From NCBI GenBank assembly GCA_030248215.1, contig JASANG010002125.1, positions 186,001 to 250,000 on the forward strand: a DNA stretch of 64,000 nt, read 5' to 3'. Position 1 is the stretch's first letter, and the number at the start of each line of letters is the position of its first letter. A program made the position numbers and the translations under genes. Source of the DNA: Enoplolaimus lenunculus. Lineage: Eukaryota. Below, piece by piece: positions 11,572 through 25,084 of the stretch. Below the pieces are notes generated by a model that was not told the origin of the DNA, did not search any database, and saw only the letters and a program-made list of their open reading frames with translations.

Positions 11572-13775
11572 CACACAGAAAACATTTTCTGATATTCAAG
11601 AAATATTTTCTTAAATTTAAGACAATTATGGCTTAATCTAGACTCCGGACATATATGTCTAGAATGCACGGCATTAGTTTCTGAGGTTTTTTAGAAAACT
11701 GTGTCTGAAATTTTTAACACTTAAATGTATCAAATTTAAGAGTGTGTTTCATAAACTACTAAGACAAATGTTTCTGAAATACAAGACGATGTGTTTCAAA
11801 TATAAGACAAATATGTCTGAAATAAAGGACATTTTAATATGTCTGAAATAAAGGACTTTTTTAATATGTCTGAAATAAAGGACTTTTTTAATATGTCTGA
11901 AATAAAGGACTTTTTTAATATGTCTGAAATAAAGGACTTTTTTAATATGTCTGAAATAAAGGACTTTTTTAATATGTCTGAAATAAAGGACTTTTTTAAT
12001 ATGTCTGAAATAAAGGACTTTTTTAATATGTCTGAAATAAAGGACTTTTTTAATATGTCTGAAATAAAGGACTTTTTTAATATGTCTGAAATAAAGGACT
12101 TTTTTAATATGTCTGAAATAAAGGACTTTTTTAATATGTCTGAAATAAAGGACTTTTTTAATATGTCTGAAATAAAGGACTTTTTTAATATGTCTGAAAT
12201 AAAGGACTTTTTTAATATGTCTGAAATAAAGGACTTTTTTAATATGTCTGAAATAAAGGACTTTTTTAATATGTCTGAAATAAAGGACTTTTTTAATATG
12301 TCTGAAATAAAGGACTTTTTTATTATGTCTGAAATAAAGGACTTTTTTAATATGTCTGAAATAAAGGACTTTTTTAATATGTCTGAAATAAAGGACTTTT
12401 TAATATGTCTGAAATAAAGGACTTTTTTAATATGTCTGAAATAAAGGACTTTTTTAATATGTCTGAAATAAAGGACTTTTTTAATATGTCTGAAATAAAG
12501 GACTTTTTTAATATGTCTGAAATAAAGGACTTTTTTAATATGTCTGAAATAAAGGACTTTTTTAATATGTCTGAAATAAAGGACTTTTTTAATATGTCTG
12601 AAATAAAGGACTTTTTTAATATGTCTGAAATAAAGGACTTTTTTAATATGTCTGAAATAAAGGACTTTTTTAATATGTCTGAAATAAAGGACTTTTTTAA
12701 TATGTCTGAAATAAAGGACTTTTTTAATATGTCTGAAATAAAGGACTTTTTTAATATGTCTGAAATAAAGGACTTTTTTAATATGTCTGAAATAAAGGAC
12801 TTTTTTAATATGTCTGAAATAAAGGACTTTTTTAATATGTCTGAAATAAAGGACTTTTTTAATATGTCTGAAATAAAGGACTTTTTTAATATGTCTGAAA
12901 TAAAGGACTTTTTTAATATGTCTGAAATAAAGGACTTTTTTAATATGTCTGAAATAAAGGACTTTTTTAATATGTCTGAAATAAAGGACTTTTTTAATAT
13001 GTCTGAAATAAAGGACTTTTTTAATATGTCTGAAATAAAGGACTTTTTTAATATGTCTGAAATAAAGGACTTTTTTAATATGTCTGAAATAAAGGACTTT
13101 TTTAATATGTCTGAAATAAAGGACTTTTTTAATATGTCTGAAATAAAGGACTTTTTTAATATGTCTGAAATAAAGGACTTTTTTAATATGTCTGAAATAA
13201 AGGACTTTTTTAATATGTCTGAAATAAAGGACTTTTTTAATATGTCTGAAATAAAGGACTTTTTTAATATGTCTGAAATAAAGGACTTTTTTAATATGTC
13301 TGAAATAAAGGACTTTTTTTGCTGGTATTTCAGACATATTTGTCTTAGAAACAAGATGTGCCATAGAAGTCGCATTCAAAGTGGGGAATACGGTTAACCA
13401 AATTCGCTAATTTTACAACATAAGAATACGTCTAAGACATAAAGTTAGGTTTGGCGAAGCTGGAGCTCAACGAGAAATATCTTTGGAATTCGATTATTTA
13501 TATACTGTTTTAAGAATATAAACGGATCAAGTTTTTTACATGCATAAAAATTATAAAATAGATTCTTAAATATAAGACAACTAATTCTTGAAAGAAAGAA
13601 ATTTGCGTCTTATAAATTAGCAATAGAAATTTCTTGAATATAAGACATTTATGTTTTAACCATAAAAGAAACGAATTTCTGAGATTTTTAAGACTATTGT
13701 ATGAAATACAAGACATTAATGTCTTGAATATTTAAGAAAGTAGGAGTCTTGAAATTTGAACAAAATTTTAGTGTG
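11572..13775. mobile_element. CAC..GTG-terminated element hosting the 27-bp array
   Basis: Starts CACACAGAAAACATTTTCTGATATTCAAGA and ends TCTTGAAATTTGAACAAAATTTTAGTGTG; the left end resembles a terminus of the 2511/34114/44765 family. Confidence 0.6.
11810..13320. repeat. 27-bp tandem array (AATATGTCTGAAATAAAGGACTTTTTT) x ~56
   Basis: Nearly invariant units; one A>T near 12323 and one 1-bp deletion near 12400. Confidence 0.99.
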
Positions 13776-14652
13776 TAGAACTTTGCCATGACGAGGCGAA
13801 TTTTTTTCTCGTAGACGTGGAACGGATTCTGACCCCTGCAGCTTATGACTTCAATTAGAAAATGTTATACAGTTATTCATTATTGTATGTTAAACTTGCC
13901 CTGGCGGGCACGTAGCCAGCTGATCTTGCTAGAAGCAGTTAAAAAATTATCAGGAGGGGCATACAAGGTTGAAAACTTTCTAGGGTCACCAAAAAATTTT
14001 CCGCAGGGGTGCTGAGCCCCTCTGGCCTTCCTTGATTACAGGCTGGTTGTCCTGGGCGGTAACAAACTGTTTAACAATTTCAAAGTTTGTTCCAATTGTC
14101 ATTTGCATAAAGTTTAAAAATAAAAAGAAAAATGTATTTAAAATAATAACCAAATATTGCTCGTTTGACGCATTTTTTGACATCAACAAATCTAAAAATG
14201 TATTTCTGCTGAGAAACGCAACGTTAGAGAAACAAAATAAACCATAGGGCATATCGCACACGCAGAGTCAACAATTATCCGCAGACTAAGGCAAACCTAC
14301 TTAGACTGAATACCAAGGCTAAGCCTAAAGGTTTAAGCCTACCTCAGGTACAACAGTAACCAGCTTTCAAAACCAAGATGAGTTTGTTTTCAAACCGGAA
14401 AAGGTATTATTTCCGAATTGAAAAAACACACAATTCTTTAGCCCTTGAGATAAAATCTAGCGGTTCTACGTGGTAACTAACAGTCATGGAATATGTAACT
14501 GTTTGTTAGCAACGAACAGTTATCAAATAAGCTGTTACCATATATAGAACATGGTATCACCATCACGGCACAAGTTGTCAACAATTACAACCACGGGCGC
14601 CGGCAAGGACGCGCAAAACAGTGCAACCCGCACCTCTCTTCTTAGTTCCACT

Positions 14653-15030
14653 CCAAATATATAGAACAGGGCCGTAACAGTAGTATAACCATATTCCTAA
14701 GCAAAACATAAGCGTATGAATGACTGGCCCACGTATAGAACAGGACCGAAACAGTAGTATACGCGTATTCGTAAGCTTAAGCCTAAGCGTAAGCCTAAGC
14801 GTATAGATAAGCCTATTCCTAAGCCTAAGCCTAAGTCTAAGCCTAAGCCTAAGCAAAAAATTAGTCTAAAGCTTAAACTGAGGCTACTAAAGCCCGTCCG
14901 GAAAACGATCCGACCCTGTTCTATACATAGGCCAATGAGCTTATACCTAAACCTAAGAAAAAATTAGTCTAAAGCTTACGCTCACTCTACTGCAGTCCAC
15001 AGAAAAACGCTCCGCCCGCGGTTTTATACG
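14653..15030. mobile_element. Nested pair of TTAGGC-MITEs (inner copy 14726-14933)
   Basis: The outer copy is split at AATGA(G)CT by a complete inner copy, GGCCCACGTATAGAACAGG...CCTGTTCTATACATAGGCC. Confidence 0.8.
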
Positions 15031-16857
15031 CTTTGCTCACAAGTCCCACTTGCGCACGTGAACACGCGCTCATGTTATAACCCACCAGTTGGTTCAGCGT
15101 CGTCACATAAACGGCCAAATTTGGCCATATCGCACTTGTATTAAAAAGCTGATCTACAAACGATCGGACTGGGAATTTTATTTACTGTTTTTTCCGACTC
15201 CTTCAGTAATAAATTATATTATACCCAAATTAGTCTTGTCATAAAATTGAATATATTTACTTATCTTGTTTACCAGACGTATGCGTTTATCCTAGAGGTG
15301 TTCTAAGAACACTCAACATAAATGAAAAGTATAGAGTGTAGCTCACATAAAATTGCAAATTAAGGAAGTTTTGAGAACGCTGGTTAGACCATTTTTGCTG
15401 AACCCATAACCTAAAAACAAGTAAAAATATTGGCTGTTATACAAGAATTAGCAAACTGTTGACGAAAATTGAAGATGAATGCCATTTAGCTGACAGGTTT
15501 AAGCGTTAATCGTTTCAGTCCTGAATTTCAGTTTTGAAAATTTAAAATTTAAAAAACCTAAAAGTCTTCAACTCTTAAGACGATTTTTACGCGTGCTTTC
15601 AGTAAATTCAAATGATATATAAATGCTCTGTTCAATTTCACATGCGTTTTTTATAAATAAAATTCATAATTACGGCGGTGACCCGAGTTTATGCGGGTTC
15701 TTTCATTGATTGCGACTCAAAATGGGGCCCCTATTAGTACTCACCCTGTTATTTGGGTCTCAACAGTATACAAAAATATTTGTATGTAGCTATGTAATTA
15801 TAGATTTATTCAAACGTATAACTATATTCGCATACATATGAAACTGAACCAAATTAAAATCAAATATAACCTGATCTTTCGGCTGGTTGCCTGGCAACTG
15901 GTTAATGTTTGATTCTAATCAATAGAACCTAAAACGCTATGATGCGAACAGGTGTGAAGTTTTAGGTTCAAAATTTGTCTATTCGTGTGAAAAACGTATA
16001 CTGTATCAAGTAAAAAGCTCCCGTCGTGAACGGTAGTCTGTAGTTAGGATTGGTTTAAACTCGTGGGTGCTGCTAAAATATTGGGTTATGATGATCTGGT
16101 TTAGCGTATACTACGCGACAGTGTGACCCCTTTAGGCAAAATTGTTTATTTTTAGGTCTCTGCTCCAAAATTGTTTAGGAAACGCGGAGGGGGTGCGGGG
16201 GCAAGTTACACCACACTGCACATACTATAATGAGGACTTGGGGGACGACAATGTGTATAGTTGATGGGTGGGTTTTGTTTTCGCTTGCTGCAGTTTAAAG
16301 TAAATATATGCAAGTTTAAAATGAATTTTTTCGTGTAAAATATTTTTCGTATTTAAGAAAATTATTCGATTTCGCAAATTTTTTAAGGAAAGATTTAAAA
16401 TTGAGTGTTTACCGAGACTTTAAGGCTTACGATTAAGGCTTCGGTTTTTAAGCCTACAGATCAATACGACAGGCTTTTTCTACGCCGCATCTGCAATGGT
16501 ATTTGCTATTGAATTTAATACTTGCGCAACAAATATACACAATGTTCACTCAACCAAAGTTTAATTCAAACGGATTTGGTTCGACGAAACCTAATAGCAA
16601 AAAATACTAATTTAAACGTATATGAAGCAGAACAAACACATGATATGATATGCATTTCAGTTGTCATGACATCAGATATTATTGCACTTTCTATCACTTT
16701 TACACAGCTTTTGGTTTCAGAATATGATTAAACTGGTTATAGTGACAGAAATGGGTTCGTTGTTGAAGTGAACCCATTTGGCACAACTTCTAACAGCCAC
16801 TACTGCAGTTGACCGGCGCTGATAAATAATGAAGCGACGGTTCGCGGAAATTACAGC

Positions 16858-17059
16858 GGTCAATGTAAAGAATAGGGGCGGAGCAGTATTATAAACATAT
16901 TTTTTAGCCTAAGTCTAAGCCTAAAGCGTAAGAATGAGCATATTTCTTGTCTAAGCCTAATCTTAAGCCTAAACCAAGCAAAAAAATTAGTCTAAAACTT
17001 AAACGTACTCTTTTCTAGTCCCACTGAATAACTGTCCGATCCTGATTTTTACATGGGCC
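16858..17059. mobile_element. TTAGGC-containing GG-TIR MITE
   Basis: GGTCAATGTAAAGAATAGGGGCGG...TTTACATGGGCC. Confidence 0.8.
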
Positions 17060-18295
17060 GAAATTACAATGATCAGGATTGAGCATTAACCCTCTTAGTC
17101 CTGAATTTTGGTTCATGGCTTTAAAAAAGTTATATCGCGATACGATGTATACCTAAGTTGTACTAATCACATCTGTGCATGTCATACGTCTATCTGCCCA
17201 AAACATATATTTCAAAGTGTTTCGCTTCCTGATTTACCTCCATATTCGGTATTGAATTGTAGAATTTCAAATTTTCGATCGGCAAATTATTTTCTACGAA
17301 AATTTACAACTTAAGACAAGTTTGTCACAAGCTGCGAAAACATTACCGTCTTCCATTTAAATGCCGGCTTGAAATCGACTTAATTGAACCGCTGGAATGC
17401 CAGCAGTAGCAAACATTTCCATCAGATGTTTGATCAGAAGTCAGCAGCTGAACGAAATATAAACTTTCAACAAAACTGCACTATGCACCAATAATAAGAG
17501 AGCTTACAAAACAATATCTTTTTACAATAAAATATATATACTGTAGTGACCCGAATAAGAAGGGAAGAAGAAGGGAAGAGAGGCATGCGAAAAATGTGCT
17601 GATTGTTGAGCGTCAGTATTGACTGGTTGGTGTTCCAAGCCATGCAGCTATGGAATTTGCCAAATGGAATTTTCTTTATGTGTGAATGTTGCCTGTTTTC
17701 TGGTATATTTTGGTTTTTTGTTCGTGTGGTGTGGGAAATCCCACAAAATATATATATCAAATCTTAAACCGCTAGATCTGAAAGGTCCTCGTGAGAACAA
17801 TTGAATACGAAAAACGAGACTCGTAGCCAGCTCACCTTGCTAGAAGGGGCTAAAAAACTTTTACAAGGGGCATTCAAGGGTTTTCAATAATTTACAAGCA
17901 ACGTTGAAAATTCTCTAGGGGGCCAAAATTTTTCCAAGGGGGGGGGCTGAGCCCTCTGGACCGCTCTTGACTACGGGCGCGTACAAAACTCTGTGATATA
18001 CTTGTGTTATAAGATTATTTTTGCAACGGTTTCTAATATTTATGCCAATGGTTATTTTGTACTTTATTTAATGAGTAAACTAACAATTAAACTAACTATA
18101 TCACCTGGGCATTAATAATCAACATTAAGCTAAAAATTGGGGCATACATGGAAGGTCACTCATACACTCACGGACACAAGCTACTGAAACAAGGCACATA
18201 GACCGTTTAACGAAGATAAAAACTAATCAATTTACATTTTGAGATACAAAATACTGCGAAATTAACGAATATCAATGGCATAATCAAGGTCCATA

Positions 18296-18505
18296 CACAG
18301 CAAAAAATAGTGAGTCAAATTGACTCACTCCGAAATAGGCTCTACGCGACTACACAAATTGAGTCAAAATTCGACTCCGGCAGAGTCAAATTCGATTCAC
18401 TGAGTCGCATGTTTGACTCTGGCGGAGTCGAATTTGACTCAGTTTGTGTAGTCCCGTAGAGCCTATTTCGGAGACAGTCAATTTGACTCACCATTTTTTG
18501 CAGTG
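18296..18505. mobile_element. ~210-bp palindromic CAC..GTG MITE rich in GAGTC/GACTC motifs (family also at 1173-~1330 partial, 48215, 50881, 54793, 57525)
   Basis: Family TIR CACTGCAAAAAATGGTGAGTCAAATTGACTC; TA/TA flanks here. Confidence 0.88.
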
Positions 18506-18928
18506 TACCTATTCTCAAATGTGCATAGCACTTATCACCAGCCAGAGGTAACTTTCCAAACTCGCGTTCGCGTGCAATTTCAAATCGTAAAATTCCCACT
18601 GAACCATTGCAAACGGAGTTCAAACATTTCCTAAATTGGAAACCTAACAATTTTTTCATTGGAACATTAGCGCAGATAAAAATTGCTAAGTCATTATATC
18701 GCTGGTCCACACTTCGAGAACATTGGAACGCATAAAAAAGTTAAAAAACAACGATGAAATAATGCAATTATTTAAATTTAAGTCATTTAAATAAGTATTT
18801 TGAGGCACTGCTTACATTTAGCTGGAATGTGTGGATATGCGCGGTGTAGCTTGTGTATGTGCAGAGTGTGTAATGTTAAGACACATGCATACTCGTGAAC
18901 ATATAGCACCAGAGGAAATTATGATATC

Positions 18929-19001
18929 GGCCATGTGGTGTAATGGGTACCGCGCTTGACTCGCGAGCGTGTGGTCCGATGTTCAATTCCCCGCGTGGCC
19001 A
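18929..19001 (+). pseudogene. tRNA-like sequence (pseudo-tRNA or SINE head)
   Basis: 73 nt; acceptor stem GGCCATG/CGTGGCC-A, A-box TGGTGTAATGG, B-box-like GTTCAATTCC; anticodon and T stems pair poorly. Confidence 0.6.
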
Positions 19002-21582
19002 TATGTTTCGGAGAGAAATTAAGGGCTAAAACAATTATATTCGCAGTACTTCGGGGAAAGGGTCGTCCCGACCGTGCAGTTCTGACAGTATGTAATGTTT
19101 AATATTTAAATAAACCAAATTTTGCTTGGATTATAATTCAAACGTATTAGGGGTACGAACCCTTGCACCTTGGATGTAAAACATTGGTCGATTAAATTGG
19201 CTTTGCAGAATGTAGCAATTCCATAATGTGTCTCTGTATTCTGCAGTTTTCTATTTTGAACCTCTTTATGCAATCATACCCGGTATAAGCGCCAAATTAT
19301 CTTTATATTGTCAAAATCAGCGACGTAATCTGTAGGGAATTGAAATGATGCTATGAATGTTTTTGTTACAAATAAAAATACATAGCTAGTACTTTTTTCC
19401 AACAACGCGAACACTTTCTTTTCGACGTCGCTGAAACGATTTTTGACTCAAATGTTGTTTGTGTAGATTTTGCTACATGTGGCTGTTGCCAACTTTTTCA
19501 GTTATGCGCGGTTCACAATAATTTTTTAATGCCTGCCACCGATTTGTACAAATGTTGCGGTTATTTCATGCGCAAGTTTTGTTTGCCGTTAGCGCAATAA
19601 TCCTAACGCGTGTCACAGACAATTATTTGACACTCGTTAGGGTGGAGTTAACGCAAAGTTAACTCAACACCCGTACAAACCGGTGGCAGTCATTCAAGTC
19701 ATTATTGTGAACAGCGCATTGCCTCATGACAAGAGTGGATAAAAGTAAAAAACCTCCAAAAAATTTGAATTTCCTTTTTGTACATCCGTAGCGGTTTAAT
19801 ATTTGCTTAAATTGATACTAAACAAACATAAAAAAGTTTGTGATTTTGTCATTATTTGCGGTAGTAACATATCGAAAATCGAACTATTTCAGGTATTTTA
19901 CTTCAATAAAAACTGTATACTGTATTGACTCGAATAAGAGCAGATAATAAGAAGGGTCCCCATTTTAAGTCCCAATGAATAGGAGTCCGTATCCCTAACA
20001 AGAGTCCGTTAGCGGATAAAGTCCCTAAACCGTGATTAGAGTCCATAAGTCACAAGTATCCCTAATTGTAGTACATAAACGAATCCAGGACCAAATGAAA
20101 TTGAGTCCGAAACTTTAAAGCAAAGTTAAGTTTTGAAAGTACATAACTAAGTATAACCTTGCATTATCGTTCAAGCTATTGAAACAGGACAAATAAGCGT
20201 TTAATTTAACTTATAATTACAGTACCAGATATATCAGTAACGAAGGGTTGCGGAGCACAAATTTTTTACCAGCGTTGCGTTTTACACGAGGAAATTTTAT
20301 TTTTTACCCACGAGTATATCCGCGCAAAATTCCTTTACCGTTGCCGACCTTAGCTCACCTCTTTTTTATTCTACGTTCAATAGTTGTGTAATTTTACAAT
20401 TCATAGATGTTATTTACTCGATTTACGTTACAAAAAGTCTATTGGTAACTTTCAAAGCAAACCATGAAGTAAAAATGTATCACCAGACAATATTGCACAA
20501 GGTTGTTCGGCGATGGATGGATAATCAAAACATTCTTGTCTGTAAAAAAATTGTCGTAGTTATTAAGAGCGCATAAATCACGCATCTCTTTACGGTTTTG
20601 CCACAATTTGTCTTGTAAGACCTCTTTCAGAAGTCTGTAAACGTATTGTTCCAAGCCAAAGAAAAGTATAACGTCTATAGGAACGCGAAAAATGTGAGCA
20701 AATGGAATAAAATATATTGTTGCTGCCATTCAAAAAGCCACAAATATTTTTCGATTTAACAGCACTATTTTAGTAGTGTAATACTTATTTATTTCACTCA
20801 TACGGTAAATACAGTTTAAAAATACAACTTTTTCTACATTATCTGGAGTCAAGGTTGTAATAAAAATTTAATGCGTGTGAAGAATCACAAAATTTTACCC
20901 GCGCTTTGAAATTCTTTACTTGCGGGTATTACTCGCGCCAAAAATCTCTTACCCGTACCCGCGCGCAAGGTGCAGCTTTGATACTGCAATCAAAGCAAAA
21001 ACTGTCTCAGAGGTATTCTTCAATAAAATAAGAAATCTGATAAGGAAATTAAAGTTTCCGTTTAAAGTTGCAAGACAATTGGCTGTTTTTGATCTTGACT
21101 GGATTTTTAAAATGAATAATGAGGTAAAAACTAAATTTTTAACTACGTTTAAGTCTTTGTTTTATGATATAAGCCCTAAACAGTCATCAAGTCAAAAAAT
21201 AAAACGCTATTTTAAAGCAGCGTTTCGTGTTTTTTCAAACAGTATTTTTGAAAACGCTGTTTTTTATAAAATGGCCAATTTTAAAGTAAATCACAATATT
21301 TAGCAAAATGCTATTAGTTTCATAAATACTTTTAAGTGTTTGTCAAAATGCGGTTTTGCAAACCGTTTAATTGAATTTAAAAAACGCATTTTTTAAAAAC
21401 GAACAAATTTAGCTTGGACCTAACTTTTTGTGAAATTCAAAGTTTTCCATTTTTAGCGTTCATTCAATCACAACAAAACATATTTCTAAACCAATATCTG
21501 TGAGAATTCTGTTAAGTTAAGCCATAGAATATTACACTAGACGATATAGTATTAGTTTTATACACAACTATATAAAATGTTC

Positions 21583-21730
21583 GGCCCATGGATAGAACAT
21601 GGTGGGACCGTTTTCCTGCGGGGCTGTAATAGAGTCAGTTTAAGTTTTAGACCAACTTTATGCTTAGGCTTAGGCTTAGGCGCAGAAATATGGTTATGCT
21701 ACCGTTCCGGCCCTGTTCTATTCATTAGTC
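21583..21730. mobile_element. TTAGGC-containing GG-TIR MITE (short)
   Basis: GGCCCATGGATAGAACA...CCGGCCCTGTTCTAT. Confidence 0.8.
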
Positions 21731-22510
21731 AAAGTTTCAATATATCAAATGCATCTGTGGCTTTCAACAAATACATCCGTTAATTAACACTGGTTTGCGA
21801 TTTGACAGGTACATTTTCCGGGATTAATTTTTCTTGCCACTTCGCGGACCTTCGAATCCGCAACTGTGGGGCACCTAGCTCGTTTGGTAACCTATCACTA
21901 ACTGGCAACTTAGCAGCTAATTTAAACTTTTGACAATACGGCTCGTAACTGCGTGTACTCACCGACTTAAACAAAATCCAGTGATTTGATATAAGAATTA
22001 AAAATTGAAAACTATAATAAAAGCCTTGGCGATATTACGCATTTTTAATTAAGTCTCACGATATATAATTGAAGAGTTAAAGGCATTCAAATGTGTCGTT
22101 TGCGTCAGTGTTTAGTAATAAGCACTTAAGGGACAAACTCAACAATTGAAATAGTCTTTTAATTTGAAAACACGATTGGATTTATTTGTTCAAACGTAGT
22201 GAGGCATCAGGCATCTTCCTATAAGGGGCAGAAATAATTGTTTTCACACCAAAATCAGTGAATTAGATGACGTACGTGTTGAATTTGTTTAAAAATTTTA
22301 AACCAATATAACCTATAAATATTGAACGAACCACTTGCGTATCAAAACGTTTTAGTCACTGAAGGTCTGAGGAAACGCTAATACTCAATGCTATGCTTTT
22401 AAGCCATCACGGATTATAGAAACTCTGCATTGCAGTATACCGTAACTAAAATAGCATATTTGCAGTAAGCATGTGAGCCTAACATTTATAGTCTTTTTGG
22501 ATATATCCTG

Positions 22511-23057
22511 CCCAACCGGCGTTAGCCCAAAAATGGTTGGATTTTGAAAATATTTGTATATTTAAGCTCATGACATTATCTGATCATTCCATGCCCAAAT
22601 TGAAATTATCGAAAAAATTCTAATTTTAAGGTACTAATGTTTCCGGTTTAGAAACTAATTTTTTGTCAAAAACAACTTGCAGAGCTGAGTTTATGGTCGT
22701 ACATTTTTCCCAATCAATCATCTGGTTAACGAGTTATTGTCAAATAACTGATTTGGCGCCGTGCCAAATCCTTAGCAGTGCGAAAAAATTAGTCATTTCA
22801 CAACAAGTCGTTAACCAGACGTCTGACTGCGGAGAATTTCATATTATTTCACTCAGATCCGCAAGATGAGTCGAATAATTTATAACCTGTCTGTCTAACT
22901 TTTGCACGCAAAAATTTTTATATCCCAAGCGGAACATTAGGACCTTAAAAAACGAATTTTTTAACAATTGCAATTTGGGCGTGAAATGATCGACGGAGGT
23001 TATGACAAGCCCAAATCAGCAAAAATTTTCACTTTTTTCGGGCAAACGCTGGCTGGG
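22511..23057. mobile_element. ~550-bp foldback element with ~150-bp imperfect inverted arms
   Basis: CCCAACCGGCGTTAGCCC / GGGCAAACGCTGGCTGGG, GCCCAAATTG / CAATTTGGGC, TAAGGTACTAATGTT / AACATTAGGACCTTA. Confidence 0.7.
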
Positions 23058-23458
23058 TTTATTCCTAAAACTTCAAAGTAAGCCGCCAAAAATCAACGAT
23101 AGAGGATGGTTAACTGAGGGAAAAACCTAAATTCGACCGGTGAAATTAATACCTACGCTGCTTTTAAATCAAAAAAGCGCCGCTGAAATAATTAAAAACT
23201 AAAAATTTCTCCAGCGATAACACAAAAACAGCCACATTTGACGTACTTACTCCGTATGATGTTGAAAAGTAATTCAAATATCAAAATAGTTGGCTTTGTA
23301 GTAGACGGACGTCTATATTCGTCTTGGTAAAATATGATGCATTTCACATGAAATTGACTGCAACTTCTTGTTTTTGTCTGCTGAAAAATATTCGAATCTT
23401 TATGCTAACACAACTAAGTTTTCAGTAAGGAGTGTCAGGCAGCTTACAATCTTAAATA

Positions 23459-23838
23459 CTGTAGGAACCCGAATAAGAGGGGGGTAATAAGAGGTGTCTC
23501 CATTTTGAGTCCCAATGAATCGAAGTCCGTATTCATAATAAGAGTCCGTAAGCGGATAGAGTCGTTGAACCTTAATTAGAGTTCATGAACGTCAATAAAT
23601 TGTAGCGCAAAAATAACTCCAGGACCAAATAATTTTAATTCCAAAACTTTAAAGCGTACTTAAATTTTGAAAGCACATTCCTAAGTATAACCTTGCATTA
23701 TGCAGTACTGGATACGTATCAGTAACGAAGGGTGATGGAGCAGGGGTTAAAAATACATAGCAGTCCGCAAATAACAGGGGGGTACCCTCTGGAGAGGCCA
23801 AATAAATATCAGCCCCCCTCTTATTCGCGTCATTACAG
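23459..23838. mobile_element. TA-flanked TIR element (Tc1/mariner-pogo-like MITE); related pieces at ~15670-15768, ~19918-20250, ~60018-60200
   Basis: TA|CTGTAGGAACCCGAATAAGAGGGGGG ... CCCCCCTCTTATTCGCGTCATTACAG|TA. Confidence 0.8.
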
Positions 23839-24192
23839 TACGCAAAGTTACAGGCTTTATAATTAATTAACCATCTTCTAAAGTTAAAAAATAGTTCGCT
23901 GATTCTTCAACATTTCCTAGTTTACTTTATAGTCAATGTCTGTCTACGCCCTTATATAGCTTGGGCAACGGTTGGCTGACAGACGGACTTCGTGTGGTTA
24001 TGAGACCGTTCATTGCTATATTATTCATAAGAAGGCATTGGATTTACGCTAAAACCTGCATTTTAGGCAATGTAACCCTTGTTTAACGCTGTATAATTGA
24101 AAGTTTGGCATATTCCTAAACCAAGCCCTTGCCTAAGAATTGAAAAAAGGTGTAAAAATGGCTTAAGTTTAAGCCTAATTGTTAAAAAAGTG

Positions 24193-24384
24193 GGCTAACA
24201 TAAAGAACAGGGGTGGAACAGTATTATAAGCACATTCTTACGCCTAAGCCTAAGCCTAAGGCTAAGCGTAACAATGAGCAGATTACTAAGCCTAAGCCTA
24301 AGCCAAGAAAAAAATAGTCTAAAGCTTAAGCTTACTCTTTTCTAGTCCCCAAGAAAAACGTTCCGCCTCTGATGTTTAGGGCCA
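24193..24384. mobile_element. TTAGGC-containing GG-TIR MITE
   Basis: Family internal sequence TAGTCTAAAGCTTAAGCTTACTCT plus GCCTAA repeats. Confidence 0.75.
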
Positions 24385-24888
24385 AAAAGTGTAACAGTAG
24401 CCTAAGCGTTAAAGCCTGAGCAAAAAACGTAGTGTAAAATGCAAGTGTACTGTTTGCTGCAGTTCCACCAGAAAGCTGTACGGTTCTAAAAGTAATCATA
24501 GGTCCAAATCTTTCGATTTCATACAGAAATATCCAAAATATATACTCAGTATGTGATATCCTATACTTTTCTGCTATTGGTCGTAATTTATATATGATAT
24601 GTTACACAGCCTATAATCGCAGCAGCTTAATACAGCCAGGACAAGCTTTTGCTTCAGACTTGGTTACTGTCAATTTGATGGCTGCAGAACCTGCTCACAC
24701 TGCTACAATAACTGCAGCCAAAATTGCAATCAATACATAACCAAGCAGTTCTTACATCAGTTGCAATGCAACTTTACCATTACTACATGTTTAATACAAA
24801 ATAGCAAAATATTTAAATAAAAGCAATTAAAATCTTGTACTTAAATCGTATATGCAAGTTTTTGCAGCAACAACTACAACGGTACATT

Positions 24889-25084
24889 GGCCAATGTATA
24901 AAACAGGGCCGTAACAGTAGTATAAACATATTGCTAAGCCAAAGCCTAAGCCTAAGCGTATGAGCTTCCATATCTTAGCCTAAGTCTAAACCCAACCCTA
25001 AGCAAAACAATTAGTCTAATGCTTAAGCTTACTCTATTGTAGTGCCGCAGAAAACCGTTCCGTCTTGTCACTTTATATGGATCG
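24889..25084. mobile_element. TTAGGC-containing GG-TIR MITE
   Basis: GGCCAATGTATAAAACAGGGCCGTAAC start; family internal sequence. Confidence 0.8.

Noticed and set aside
11796..13397. Long ORFs of 527, 333, 330 and 192 aa; also a possible CRISPR-like array
   Set aside because: They arise from a stop-free 27-bp tandem unit, open on both strands. There are no spacers, and the context is eukaryotic.
18342..18710. Similar short ORFs at 18342, 48202 and 50950 suggesting a gene family
   Set aside because: All are readings of the same GAGTC-rich MITE
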